Below are positions 8,837-16,676 of a stretch of DNA of 32,000 nucleotides, piece by piece. Position numbers and translations under genes: made by a program. The notes beneath the pieces are model-generated. The model worked only from the letters and a program-made list of their open reading frames with translations, was not told the DNA's origin and searched no databases. Every line of letters begins with the position of its first letter. Within the stretch, counting starts at the first letter, position 1. The stretch comes from Ignicoccus hospitalis KIN4/I (GTDB lineage Archaea > Thermoproteota > Thermoprotei_A > Sulfolobales > Ignicoccaceae): contig NC_009776.1 in assembly GCF_000017945.1 (NCBI RefSeq), positions 570,001 through 602,000 on the forward strand. The letters are read 5' to 3'.

Positions 8837-9400
8837 TTGAGCAACGACAGGCTCAAGGCGTTCGTTGAGAAAGTAGGCTCGTTTAAGGACGTCAGCTACG
8901 TAGCGGTGAGCTCAGAGGGCTTGCCGTACATGATAAAGGGCACGGAAAGAGAGAACGCTGAGTACGTGGCCGCCGTGGCTTCCTCGCTCTACGACAGAAT
9001 AAACGAGCTAACGATGGCTCTCAACTTAGGCAAGGAGGAGAGGAGCAAGATTTATTACCCAGAAGATTATCATATGTTGTTATTTAAGAAGGATAACTTC
9101 GTAGTTGCGATAAAGTACGACTTCGCCATAGATAAGTTAATAGAAGCCCTCACGAACAACTTGCTAAAGGGCATAGAGGTCAGGTGTCCCTACTGTAAGA
9201 ACGACTTGAGTTTCGACGTGGTGAAGTGTCCTAAGTGCGGGGAGAGGCTCCCGTTTACCGAGCCGAAGTGTTGGAACTGCGGCGCGGACTTAACGCTGAA
9301 GGAGTGTCCGCACTGCGGTAACTTGATCTATTACAACGGCCAGAAACCCTCGTTCATAAAACTGCTCATATACAAGCTCAAGAGGATTTTTGGAGGCTAG
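8837..9400 (+). CDS. Roadblock/LC7 (MglB-like) domain protein fused to a four-CxxC zinc-ribbon module
   Basis: Residues about 1-110 (VSYVAVSSEGLPYMIKGT...AEYVAAVASSLY...HMLLFKKDNFVVAIKY) fit the Roadblock/LC7 alpha-beta-alpha pattern. The C-terminus carries CPYC..x12..CPKC..x10..CWNC..x10..CPHC. The start is TTG. Confidence 0.7.
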   Translation: MSNDRLKAFVEKVGSFKDVSYVAVSSEGLPYMIKGTERENAEYVAAVASSLYDRINELTMALNLGKEERSKIYYPEDYHMLLFKKDNFVVAIKYDFAIDKLIEALTNNLLKGIEVRCPYCKNDLSFDVVKCPKCGERLPFTEPKCWNCGADLTLKECPHCGNLIYYNGQKPSFIKLLIYKLKRIFGG

Positions 9401-10368
9401 TCGGGCGACCTATAAATGTTAGTAGGGGTGTATATGACTACTTTTACCTTCTTCCACGGCAGCCTCCTCTTCTTAATCAATTTCTCCAACAAACCTATGA
9501 ACTTCCCCATTGATATGGTAGTTACGTCGGAGGAGAACACCAAGTTGAACTCGGCCTCCTCGGGACTTACGGCCTTAATGTACATGTATCTCAATTCGAT
9601 AGGTAACCTGCTGAGCAGTTTAGTTATGCTCTTGAAGAAGGTCGGGTCGAAGTAATACTCGTTGCCCTTGCTGTCAATCAACTTTATCAGTGACTTAGCG
9701 TCACACTTCTCAGCAACCTCCATTAAGTCCTTAATAAGCTTCTCTAGGGGTACGTCGTCGTGGACCTTGATCACTACTACGTAGTGGCCCCCGAGCTCCT
9801 CCGGCGTGCTGGTCTCTACTGTGTACCCCATCTTGTCCAGGTAGTAGGCGATCTCATCGGTGAGGGTAACTGTATCTATTAAGTCGAATATTTCTAGCTC
9901 CTTGACGTCGAACCCTTGCGCGAGTTCCTCTACGCTAGTCTCCTTCTCCAGCCTCGCCTCCAAGACTTTCTGAGCTATCTCGTTCAGTGCCGACAACACT
10001 TGGGCCGCCTTCTCGACCACTCGCTTGCCGGCGAACATCTTATTCAAGGCGTCCACAAAAGCTTCCTTAGAGACGACGTAGAGGTCCCCGGGGAGGGGGT
10101 TGTCGTCTACAGCCTCCAAGGCCTTGTTACCGACCCTCGGCGGCTCCCTTATCGCTATGGCTACTACCTTGCCGTCGCAAGCGAGTATGTAACCACCCAC
10201 CGTATGAGGCTTAAACATGAGGCAGAGACCTTCCTTGGACTTCTCGGCACTCAAGCGCTCGAGCTCGGAGACGGTGAGCGTGACCCTCTCAACCCTCTTG
10301 GCGTGGTGCAAGAGGGCGAGCCTGCTGGCGACGTCTATAAAAATTCTCGAGGTTGTAGCTAGGTCCAC
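9397..10368 (-). CDS. Hypothetical protein (323 aa)
   Basis: A long ORF with normal composition, starting 6 nt downstream of the stop of the 135-aa ORF and so probably in an operon with it. It overlaps the Roadblock gene convergently by 4 nt. I recognised no family. Confidence 0.65.
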   Translation of the reverse strand: MDLATTSRIFIDVASRLALLHHAKRVERVTLTVSELERLSAEKSKEGLCLMFKPHTVGGYILACDGKVVAIAIREPPRVGNKALEAVDDNPLPGDLYVVSKEAFVDALNKMFAGKRVVEKAAQVLSALNEIAQKVLEARLEKETSVEELAQGFDVKELEIFDLIDTVTLTDEIAYYLDKMGYTVETSTPEELGGHYVVVIKVHDDVPLEKLIKDLMEVAEKCDAKSLIKLIDSKGNEYYFDPTFFKSITKLLSRLPIELRYMYIKAVSPEEAEFNLVFSSDVTTISMGKFIGLLEKLIKKRRLPWKKVKVVIYTPTNIYRSPD

Positions 10369-10374
10369 TGCGCT

Positions 10375-10782
10375 TCACCCCCACCTTATGTTTATGAAAA
10401 GCTTGGCGACGTCCTTGTCCAACAGTATTACGGCCTCCGCCTCGAGCCCGCTTAAAGTCTCTATAATCTTTTCGATCAGTTCCCTCAAAGCCCTCAACTT
10501 TTCTATCAAATCGCTTATCTCCTTAGCTTTTTTAGATAACTCCTCCTTCATTTTGGACGGGTGCGGTTGGACGTATATTTCAAACGAGTTTACCTTAGTG
10601 TGGTAGATCGCCTCGCCCCCGCCCCCGCCGAACCTTTTGACGAACTCTTCAAAGGTAGCTTCCTTTTCGTCCAAGCTCTCCAACAAGCCCGCGACCAACT
10701 CGGCCTCCCTCTCCGCGTCGTTCAGTTCCTTGTCGAGACGCTCCAGACACTCGCTCAAGCTGGTACATATTATTACGCTCAT
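10375..10782 (-). CDS. Coiled-coil protein (135 aa), prefoldin-beta-like layout
   Basis: The layout is an N-terminal heptad-rich helix (LERLDKELNDAEREAELVAGLLESL), a central beta-hairpin-like stretch (AIYHTKVNSFEIYVQ), then a C-terminal helix (KEELSKKAKEISDLIEKLRALRELIEKIIETL). The assignment rests on the pattern only. Confidence 0.55.
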   Translation of the reverse strand: MSVIICTSLSECLERLDKELNDAEREAELVAGLLESLDEKEATFEEFVKRFGGGGGEAIYHTKVNSFEIYVQPHPSKMKEELSKKAKEISDLIEKLRALRELIEKIIETLSGLEAEAVILLDKDVAKLFINIRWG

Positions 10783-10880
10783 TAAGTCCGCTCCCGGGTT
10801 CTAGCCCCTCTCAAGTTCTATATTTGATAGCCTCAGCCCTTAATTACCCCCTAGCGAAGCCCGCTGGGTAGGAGAAATGG

Positions 10881-12524
10881 GTGGTTACAAAATTCTTCGA
10901 AAATAAAGCCCCCAAAGAAGTAGAGGTCTTGGACACCACCTTAAGGGACGGGGCTCAAGCGCGGGGGATAAATTTTGACCTACAAGCTAAGATAAGGATA
11001 GCCCTAGAGCTGGACAGAGTGGGCGTACACTTCATAGAGGCCGGGTGGCCCGGCAGCAACCCGAAGGACGAGCTGTTCTTCAGAGAGATAAAGAAGTACG
11101 AGCTCACGAACTCCGAAATAGTCGCGTTCACCTCTACGAGGAGGAAGGGCTTCAAGGCCTCCAGCGACCCGCTGCTCCAAAAGGCCCTCGACGCCGACAC
11201 GAAGTGGATAACCGTCTTCGGGAAGAGCTGGGACTTACACGTCAGAGACGTGCTCAAAACTACCTTGGAAGAGAACTTAGACATGATATACGACACGATA
11301 AGGTTCTTTAAAGAGAACGGCAGGATGGTAATATTCGATGCAGAGCACTTCTTCGACGGGTTCAAGGAAAACAAGGAGTACGCGCTCCAAGTCCTAAAGA
11401 CCGCTGAGGAGGCCGGCGCCGACCGGATAGTGTTGGCCGACACCAACGGTGGGTCACTGCCCCACGAGGTTTACGCTATAGTCCGCGAGGTCGGGGAGCA
11501 TGTCAAGAAGCCGCTGGGCGTGCACATGCACAACGACAGCGGCTGTGCGGTGGCTAACACCCTTATGGGGGTGCTCGCCGGGGCGCAGCACGTCCACGTC
11601 ACCGTAAACGGCATAGGGGAGAGGACCGGCAACGCGGACTTGTGCGTTGTAGTGCCAGACCTAGAGCTGAAGATGGGAGTAAAGGCCTTGAAAAACCCCG
11701 AAGGCCTCAAGATGTTAAGGCACTTGTCCAAGATGGTATACGACTTGGCAGGCCTCACGCCAAACCCCTACCAGCCGTACGTGGGCGACAACGCCTTCGC
11801 CCACAAGGCCGGCGTACACGTGGACGCTGTGCTCAAGAACCCGAGGGCGTACGAGCACGTCCCGCCGGAGAGCGTGGGCAACGAGAGGAAGTTGGCCATA
11901 TCTGAGCTCAGCGGCGCCGCCAACCTGATAGGCTGGGCCAAGAGAGAGTTAGGAATAGTAATAAGCAAGAACGATGTAGCCTTGAGGAGAGCTCTGAAAA
12001 GGATAAAGGAACTAGAAAACAAGGGGTACAGCTTCGACAACGCCTTCGCGTCCGCATTGCTAATACTGCTGGAGGAGATGGGGCTGAGGGGGAGGCCCTT
12101 CAAGCTGGAAGAGTGGAAGGTGGTGAGCGAGGGAGCCGAGGAGGGCTCCCGCAGCTGGGGCGTGGTGAAGCTCTCGAACGCGGAGGTCCACATGGAGGCG
12201 GCGGAAGGAGTAGGCCCGGTAGAAACCATAGACAAGGCGTTGAGAAAGGCCTTAGACAAGCTCGCCCCAGAGGCCTCCCACGTAAAGCTCATAGACTACA
12301 GGGTCCACTTGCCCAAAGCCTCCAAGCACACGGAGAGCGACGTAAGGGTTGAGATAACTTTCACCGACGGCAAGGAGTTCTGGACCACCACCGCCGTGTC
12401 GAGAAACATAATAGAAGCCAGTGTGAGAGCAATACTGGACGGCATCGAGTACTATTTAATTAAGAAGAAGCTTATGTTGCTCAAGGGCTCCAATGAGGAG
12501 GCCCCTACTCTGCTGAGAGGGTGA
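10881..12524 (+). CDS. 2-isopropylmalate synthase / (R)-citramalate synthase family enzyme
   Basis: Motifs: VLDTTLRDGAQA, ADTNGG, HMHNDSGCAVANTL, HVTVNGIGERTGNA. A C-terminal LeuA-dimer-type regulatory domain is present. LeuA and CimA cannot be distinguished by eye. The start is GTG. Confidence 0.9.
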   Translation: MVTKFFENKAPKEVEVLDTTLRDGAQARGINFDLQAKIRIALELDRVGVHFIEAGWPGSNPKDELFFREIKKYELTNSEIVAFTSTRRKGFKASSDPLLQKALDADTKWITVFGKSWDLHVRDVLKTTLEENLDMIYDTIRFFKENGRMVIFDAEHFFDGFKENKEYALQVLKTAEEAGADRIVLADTNGGSLPHEVYAIVREVGEHVKKPLGVHMHNDSGCAVANTLMGVLAGAQHVHVTVNGIGERTGNADLCVVVPDLELKMGVKALKNPEGLKMLRHLSKMVYDLAGLTPNPYQPYVGDNAFAHKAGVHVDAVLKNPRAYEHVPPESVGNERKLAISELSGAANLIGWAKRELGIVISKNDVALRRALKRIKELENKGYSFDNAFASALLILLEEMGLRGRPFKLEEWKVVSEGAEEGSRSWGVVKLSNAEVHMEAAEGVGPVETIDKALRKALDKLAPEASHVKLIDYRVHLPKASKHTESDVRVEITFTDGKEFWTTTAVSRNIIEASVRAILDGIEYYLIKKKLMLLKGSNEEAPTLLRG

Positions 12525-12619
12525 GGTAAGCGGTCCTTCACCGAGGGGTTAGGGAGCAATATATACCTAACCTTAATTTCCCATAGACATAAGCCCTGCG
12601 GGAAGAGGGTGCCGGCGAC

Positions 12620-13537
12620 GTGCTGCCGCTGTTCAAGAAGAAAGAGTGGCTGGAAGAGCCTTGGGACGACTACAAGATAATAGGCTTCGGGTCCACCAAG
12701 GGCGGCGCTGGCAGGACCACTATGACCATAGAGATAGCCAGCCTAATAGCGTTCATCAAAGAGGCTCGGGTAGCCGTAATAGACTGGGACGTGATCAACC
12801 CCCGCCTTACCCAAAGGGCTTTCAAGAGCTTGCCCTTGAGGGGCCAGACCTTAGTCAAAATAATAACTAGCAAGGATTTTAAGAAGGCCTTGAAGAACAT
12901 TTCCTTGCATTCCGTAAGCTTGAGCCCCACCTCTAAAATAGACGTATTGCCGGCCTTGAGCTACGAGGACATAGACAAGGGGATAGTTGACGAGTACTTT
13001 AACTTGATGTATGAAAAGCCCGAGGAGTACATCAAGAGGTGCAAGGAGCTCGTAGCTACCCTTAAGACCGAGTACGAATATATAATGAACGACTACCCCG
13101 CTATAACTTGGGTCGCGCTGGGCCCTTTGTCCCTATCCATAAACCACGTCCGGGCGACTGCCGGAAACCTAGTGATGGTGGTGGACCCCTCTCCTTGGAG
13201 CGCAGAGCTCTTGAACTCAAACCTCATCCACCCGAAGTTAAAAGGGCTACGCGTGGGCGCACTGGTAGTTAACATGGTGAGGCCGGCGATGGACGCGGTC
13301 AACTGGGCCAAGAGCGTTTTCAGCCCGGTGTGCGAGAGGATAGAAGCGGACAACTTCGTGGTCCTGCCCTTCGACGTCCCCCTTTACGAGGCCGGGATAG
13401 GCGAGCTGAAGAGCTTGGTCAGCGTTTCGGTAAGCCCTTTAAAGCACAAGTCCCGAAGCGCCCGGTACTTGTACACGCTTGCCGACCGTTTCATTCATGA
13501 TTATAGGGATAAGAAGTGCTTCTACATAGGCCCCTAG
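12620..13537 (+). CDS. ParA/MinD-like P-loop protein with atypical Walker A (KGGAGRTT)
   Basis: Deviant Walker A GSTKGGAGRTT: the signature Lys is present but the canonical GK[ST] Lys is replaced by Arg. A Walker B-like YEYIMNDYP follows. The overall length and hydrophobic-strand pattern match SIMIBI ATPases. The start is GTG. Confidence 0.7.
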   Translation: MLPLFKKKEWLEEPWDDYKIIGFGSTKGGAGRTTMTIEIASLIAFIKEARVAVIDWDVINPRLTQRAFKSLPLRGQTLVKIITSKDFKKALKNISLHSVSLSPTSKIDVLPALSYEDIDKGIVDEYFNLMYEKPEEYIKRCKELVATLKTEYEYIMNDYPAITWVALGPLSLSINHVRATAGNLVMVVDPSPWSAELLNSNLIHPKLKGLRVGALVVNMVRPAMDAVNWAKSVFSPVCERIEADNFVVLPFDVPLYEAGIGELKSLVSVSVSPLKHKSRSARYLYTLADRFIHDYRDKKCFYIGP

Positions 13538-14682
13538 AGGACTTGTATACATTCGGGGAACTCGGGCTCCTCGTTGAAAACCTTCAATAACACCTTCATT
13601 CCCTTCTTAAGCTCGGTTGAAGCGTTGGGCAAGGGTATCCATATGCCGTCCAAGTATATGGCCAGCGCGGTCCCGTCGGCCATCTCCTCCAGTTGTCCCA
13701 CCGTCATGTTGCATTCCTTAACCACTTGAAGTACCAAAATCCTCTCCTCCCCCTCTTCGGCAACCTCCTTGAGTATCGGGTGTACCTCGTTCTCTACTAA
13801 AGCCATTTGGGCCATGCTGGTCGCCGCGTCTGTCATCTTCTCTAAGGACCTCACCAAGACCGTGCTGGTGTATATCTCTTGGCTCTCGGCAGTGTTCTTA
13901 ATTATTTCCATTTCTAACTTCGCCGACTCTTCGTCCATAAAGCTCTCTATCTCCAGCACCTCCTCTGCAGCCCTCGGGTCTTGGTACAGCATCGAATAAA
14001 CTGCGAGGTCGAAGGCTATCTCAGTCATGTTCTTGAGCAACGCTATTCTAAAAGCTACTTCCTTCTCCTTCTCGGTGAACTTCTCCTCGGGGACTACCAA
14101 CTCCATGTCTATGTCTTTCATAAGTTTCTTTACGTCCTCCCTGTCCCCCCTTATGACAATTACGTCCCCCAGCTCCAACTCCACTTCCTCCGGCGGGTTC
14201 ACTATCATCACGCCTCCCCTCCTAAGTACGATAACGTCTATGAGCCCGTACCTCTCCTTGAGCTCCTTAACCTTAATTCCCACGAGCTTCTCGCCCACTA
14301 CCAGCTTAACGTATATTTCCTCTGTTATTTCGAGGGCTGCCTTAACTACCTTCGGCACCTTGTACCCCTTTAGCACAGTAGTGGCCATGTCTGAGGCTGC
14401 CTCCGTGGCCAAGTCCATCGACATCCCCAGCCTAAGGGCCGGCAAGAGCTTCTCCGCGTCCTCCGGGTCCCTGGCGGCTACCATTAGCTGGAGGGCCAAC
14501 AAGTTGAAGTCGTTATCCACGTCGACGTCTATCTTTTCCACCTCTTGAGCCACGTCCTTGTCCTCGTAAACTAAGGAGTAGAAGGCCATGTCGAGCGCTA
14601 TACTGACTTCGTCCTTCATCTTTCGGAGGAGTTTCTTTATGGGTACGGGTCGGTACTTCACCACCATGGGGAGGTCGTTCAT
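13534..14682 (-). CDS. Tandem PhoU-like / TrkA-C (RCK_C) domain protein (COG3273-like)
   Basis: Two repeats of a PhoU-like helical segment (ALDMAFYSLVYEDKDVAQEV... and AFDLAVYSMLYQDPRAAEEV...). Each repeat is followed by a TrkA-C-like beta domain (LVGIKVKEL...DVIVLRRGGVMIVNP...ELGDVIVIRGDRE). Confidence 0.75.
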   Translation of the reverse strand: MNDLPMVVKYRPVPIKKLLRKMKDEVSIALDMAFYSLVYEDKDVAQEVEKIDVDVDNDFNLLALQLMVAARDPEDAEKLLPALRLGMSMDLATEAASDMATTVLKGYKVPKVVKAALEITEEIYVKLVVGEKLVGIKVKELKERYGLIDVIVLRRGGVMIVNPPEEVELELGDVIVIRGDREDVKKLMKDIDMELVVPEEKFTEKEKEVAFRIALLKNMTEIAFDLAVYSMLYQDPRAAEEVLEIESFMDEESAKLEMEIIKNTAESQEIYTSTVLVRSLEKMTDAATSMAQMALVENEVHPILKEVAEEGEERILVLQVVKECNMTVGQLEEMADGTALAIYLDGIWIPLPNASTELKKGMKVLLKVFNEEPEFPECIQVL

Positions 14683-14720
14683 CTCCGTGGGGTCCCAGAA
14701 AAATTCCTCGACGGAGTTCT

Positions 14721-15578
14721 TTAGGGCATCGCCAACCTCTCCACGTAACGAGCCGTAGCCATCATCACGTCCCTATCTGTAATTATCCCCTTCACTACCT
14801 TGTCGTCGCCCAAGAGCAACAACGCGTCTGTTGGCGACATGCCGAGGGCTTGTACGGCCTCCCTCATCTCTGCGTTCTCGACGACGTAGCTCAAGGTGCT
14901 CATGACCTCGTCCGCCGAGACCTCCTCCAAGGCCTCTGGTAGCTTGTTCTCGTGACGGAGGGCGTAGTCCACCACGTTGAGTGCGGTGAGTATGCCCAAG
15001 GCCGGCCCCTTGTTCTTCGCGTCCTCGACTACCGGCAAGTGTCTCACCTTCAGCTCGTTCATTATGTCCAACGCGTCTGCGAGGGGAGTTCCACGTTCGA
15101 CCACCTTAGGGTTCTTGGTAGCGTACTTCATAGCCTCTCCCTCCCACTCGAGTTCCGGAGCCACGTTCAGCACGACGTCCCTCTCGGTGAATATTCCTAT
15201 CACCTTCCCCTCGTTGTCGAGTAAGGGAACCGCGCCCACGTCGGCCTCTGCCATAGCCTTCAACACCTCCCAGAGCGGGTCCTCTGCCGCCGCGGCTATG
15301 ACCTTCTTACTCATGAAGTTGTACACTTCCTTCTTAAGTAGGTCTTTTGCGTTGTAGCTTCCAATAACTTCCATCACGTCCTTTATAGACATGAAGCCCA
15401 CTAGGTTCTCGCCCTCCACCACCGGCAAGTGCCTTATCCCGTTCTCTACCATTACCTTCGCCGCGTTCCTCAAGGGCTCTTCCGCCTTCACTACCTTTAT
15501 CCAGCCCATCTTGGCGAAGTACTTTACTGGAGCGTTCGGGTCTATCAAGGCTCTCTCGAGAGTTAAGACCTTTAACAA
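14721..15578 (-). CDS. CBS-domain protein (four CBS repeats)
   Basis: Repeated CBS signatures: IRHLPVVEGENLVGFMSIKDV, VGAVPLLDNEGKVIGIFTERDV, VRHLPVVED...LGILTALNV, DALLLLGDDKVVKGIITDRDV. The ORF-track N-terminus (to 15713) is antisense to the HAD gene. The start is probably the TTG at 15578 or the ATG at 15509. Confidence 0.85.
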   Translation of the reverse strand: MLKVLTLERALIDPNAPVKYFAKMGWIKVVKAEEPLRNAAKVMVENGIRHLPVVEGENLVGFMSIKDVMEVIGSYNAKDLLKKEVYNFMSKKVIAAAAEDPLWEVLKAMAEADVGAVPLLDNEGKVIGIFTERDVVLNVAPELEWEGEAMKYATKNPKVVERGTPLADALDIMNELKVRHLPVVEDAKNKGPALGILTALNVVDYALRHENKLPEALEEVSADEVMSTLSYVVENAEMREAVQALGMSPTDALLLLGDDKVVKGIITDRDVMMATARYVERLAMP

Positions 15579-15587
15579 ATATTTTAG
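15571..15587. promoter_or_regulatory. AT-rich TATA-like element between the divergent CBS and HAD genes
   Basis: TTTAACAAATATTTTAG is the only AT-rich block here. It lies about 15-30 nt upstream of the TTG at 15601 (HAD gene). Confidence 0.35.
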
Positions 15588-15600
15588 TTTGGGGAGCGCC

Positions 15601-16329
15601 TTGAGGTGGATAATAGACCTCGACGGCGTGGTGTGGAAGGGAAAGGAAATAATCTGGGAAAACGTGGACGCGATAAAAAAGTTGGAAGGGAAGAAAGTAT
15701 TCCTAACGAACAAGGCTACCTCGCGCTGGGAAGTTTCTAGGAGGCTAAAGGAGATAGGGTTGGAAGGGGAGGTAGTTACCTCTGCCTACATAGCCTCCCA
15801 GTTCCTCAAGAAGAGGGGCGTGGAATCCGCCTTCGCGGTGGGACCTTCCGGACTGGCGGAAGAGCTGGTTATGGCAGGAATACACTTGACCGAAGACGAA
15901 GACCTCGCGCAAGCGGTGGTGGCGGGCTTGGACGCGTTCTTGACGTATGACAAGGTCGCTAGGGCAGCATCCATGATAAGGAAGGGGGCTCTATTCGTAG
16001 CCACCAACACCGACAAGACCTACCCCACCGAGAGGGGGCTCATGCCGGGCGCGGGGAGCGTGGTGGAGGCGATAAGGGTGGCCAGCGGGAAGGAGCCAGT
16101 AGTGGTGGGGAAGCCCAGCAGACACGCCTTCGAGGTGGCCAGCGGCGGCGAGAGGGACGTGATAGTAATAGGGGATAAGATGGAAACCGACATGAAGATG
16201 GCGCTAGAAAACGGGGCCAGGGGAATCTTGGTGCTGACCGGCGTGACCCGGGAGCCTCCCAAGGAGGTCCCTCAAGGAGTAACGGTCGTGAAGACGCTGA
16301 AGGAAGTTTTGGGGGATGAGACCGGATAG
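15601..16329 (+). CDS. HAD-superfamily subfamily IIA phosphatase (NagD-like)
   Basis: Motif I IIDLDGVVWKG, motif II FLTNKAT, motif III VGKPS and motif IV IGDKMETDM appear in the correct order. The start is the TTG at 15601 or 15589. The ORF-track N-terminus (15391-15600) is antisense to the CBS gene. Confidence 0.85.
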   Translation: MRWIIDLDGVVWKGKEIIWENVDAIKKLEGKKVFLTNKATSRWEVSRRLKEIGLEGEVVTSAYIASQFLKKRGVESAFAVGPSGLAEELVMAGIHLTEDEDLAQAVVAGLDAFLTYDKVARAASMIRKGALFVATNTDKTYPTERGLMPGAGSVVEAIRVASGKEPVVVGKPSRHAFEVASGGERDVIVIGDKMETDMKMALENGARGILVLTGVTREPPKEVPQGVTVVKTLKEVLGDETG

Positions 16330-16379
16330 GCGCTCTCATCGAGAGCTCTGCGGCTCCCTCCGCGCCCGACACCCGGGCG

Positions 16380-16676
16380 CTAACCGCTCTGCTCTTGTCT
16401 CTGATAAGCTTGACGCCTCTTTATCGGACACTCTTGTGCGTGGGGGCAGCTCCACTCGACCCCCAGCTCCTTCAGCGCGTCCTCCCAGCACTCGTGCTGG
16501 CCCTTAACGTCGCTTAAGAGGTATATGCTATAAGGGAGTTCCAAGTCTATTAAAGTATCGTTTATGGGGTCGTAGAGCTTCGCGTACCTCCGCTTGGCCT
16601 CGTGGTCCACGTGTTCCATGGCGAGGACTATGGGACAGAGGCCCAGTTTAAAAGCTAAGTTCTTCTTCAAGCTCAC
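16380..16676 (-). CDS. Small Cys-containing protein (98 aa), translationally coupled to rpoB
   Basis: Its GTG start overlaps the rpoB stop (GTGTGA, a 4-nt overlap). Composition is normal, with Cys at positions 14, 63, 77 and 83 (HECW...SCPHAQECP). I recognised no family. Confidence 0.55.
   Translation of the reverse strand: MSLKKNLAFKLGLCPIVLAMEHVDHEAKRRYAKLYDPINDTLIDLELPYSIYLLSDVKGQHECWEDALKELGVEWSCPHAQECPIKRRQAYQRQEQSG

Noticed and set aside
10955-12352. ORFs antisense to or out of frame with the LeuA/CimA-type gene (163, 95, 174, 88, 87, 79 aa)
   Set aside because: They lie entirely within a strongly supported CDS. Their compositions are Ser-rich or Arg-rich with no motifs.
13769-14548. 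Plus-strand ORFs of 76, 130 and 173 aa opposite the PhoU/TrkA-C gene
   Set aside because: They are Ser/Thr/Leu low-complexity antisense translations, whereas the minus-strand product has clear domain repeats.
14721-15713. Full-length versions of the mutually overlapping ORFs 14721-15713 (minus) and 15391-16329 (plus)
   Set aside because: The two ORFs overlap by more than 300 nt. In each case the conserved domain sequence starts only after the overlap (CBS from about 15578 downward, HAD motif I from about 15601), so both were trimmed.
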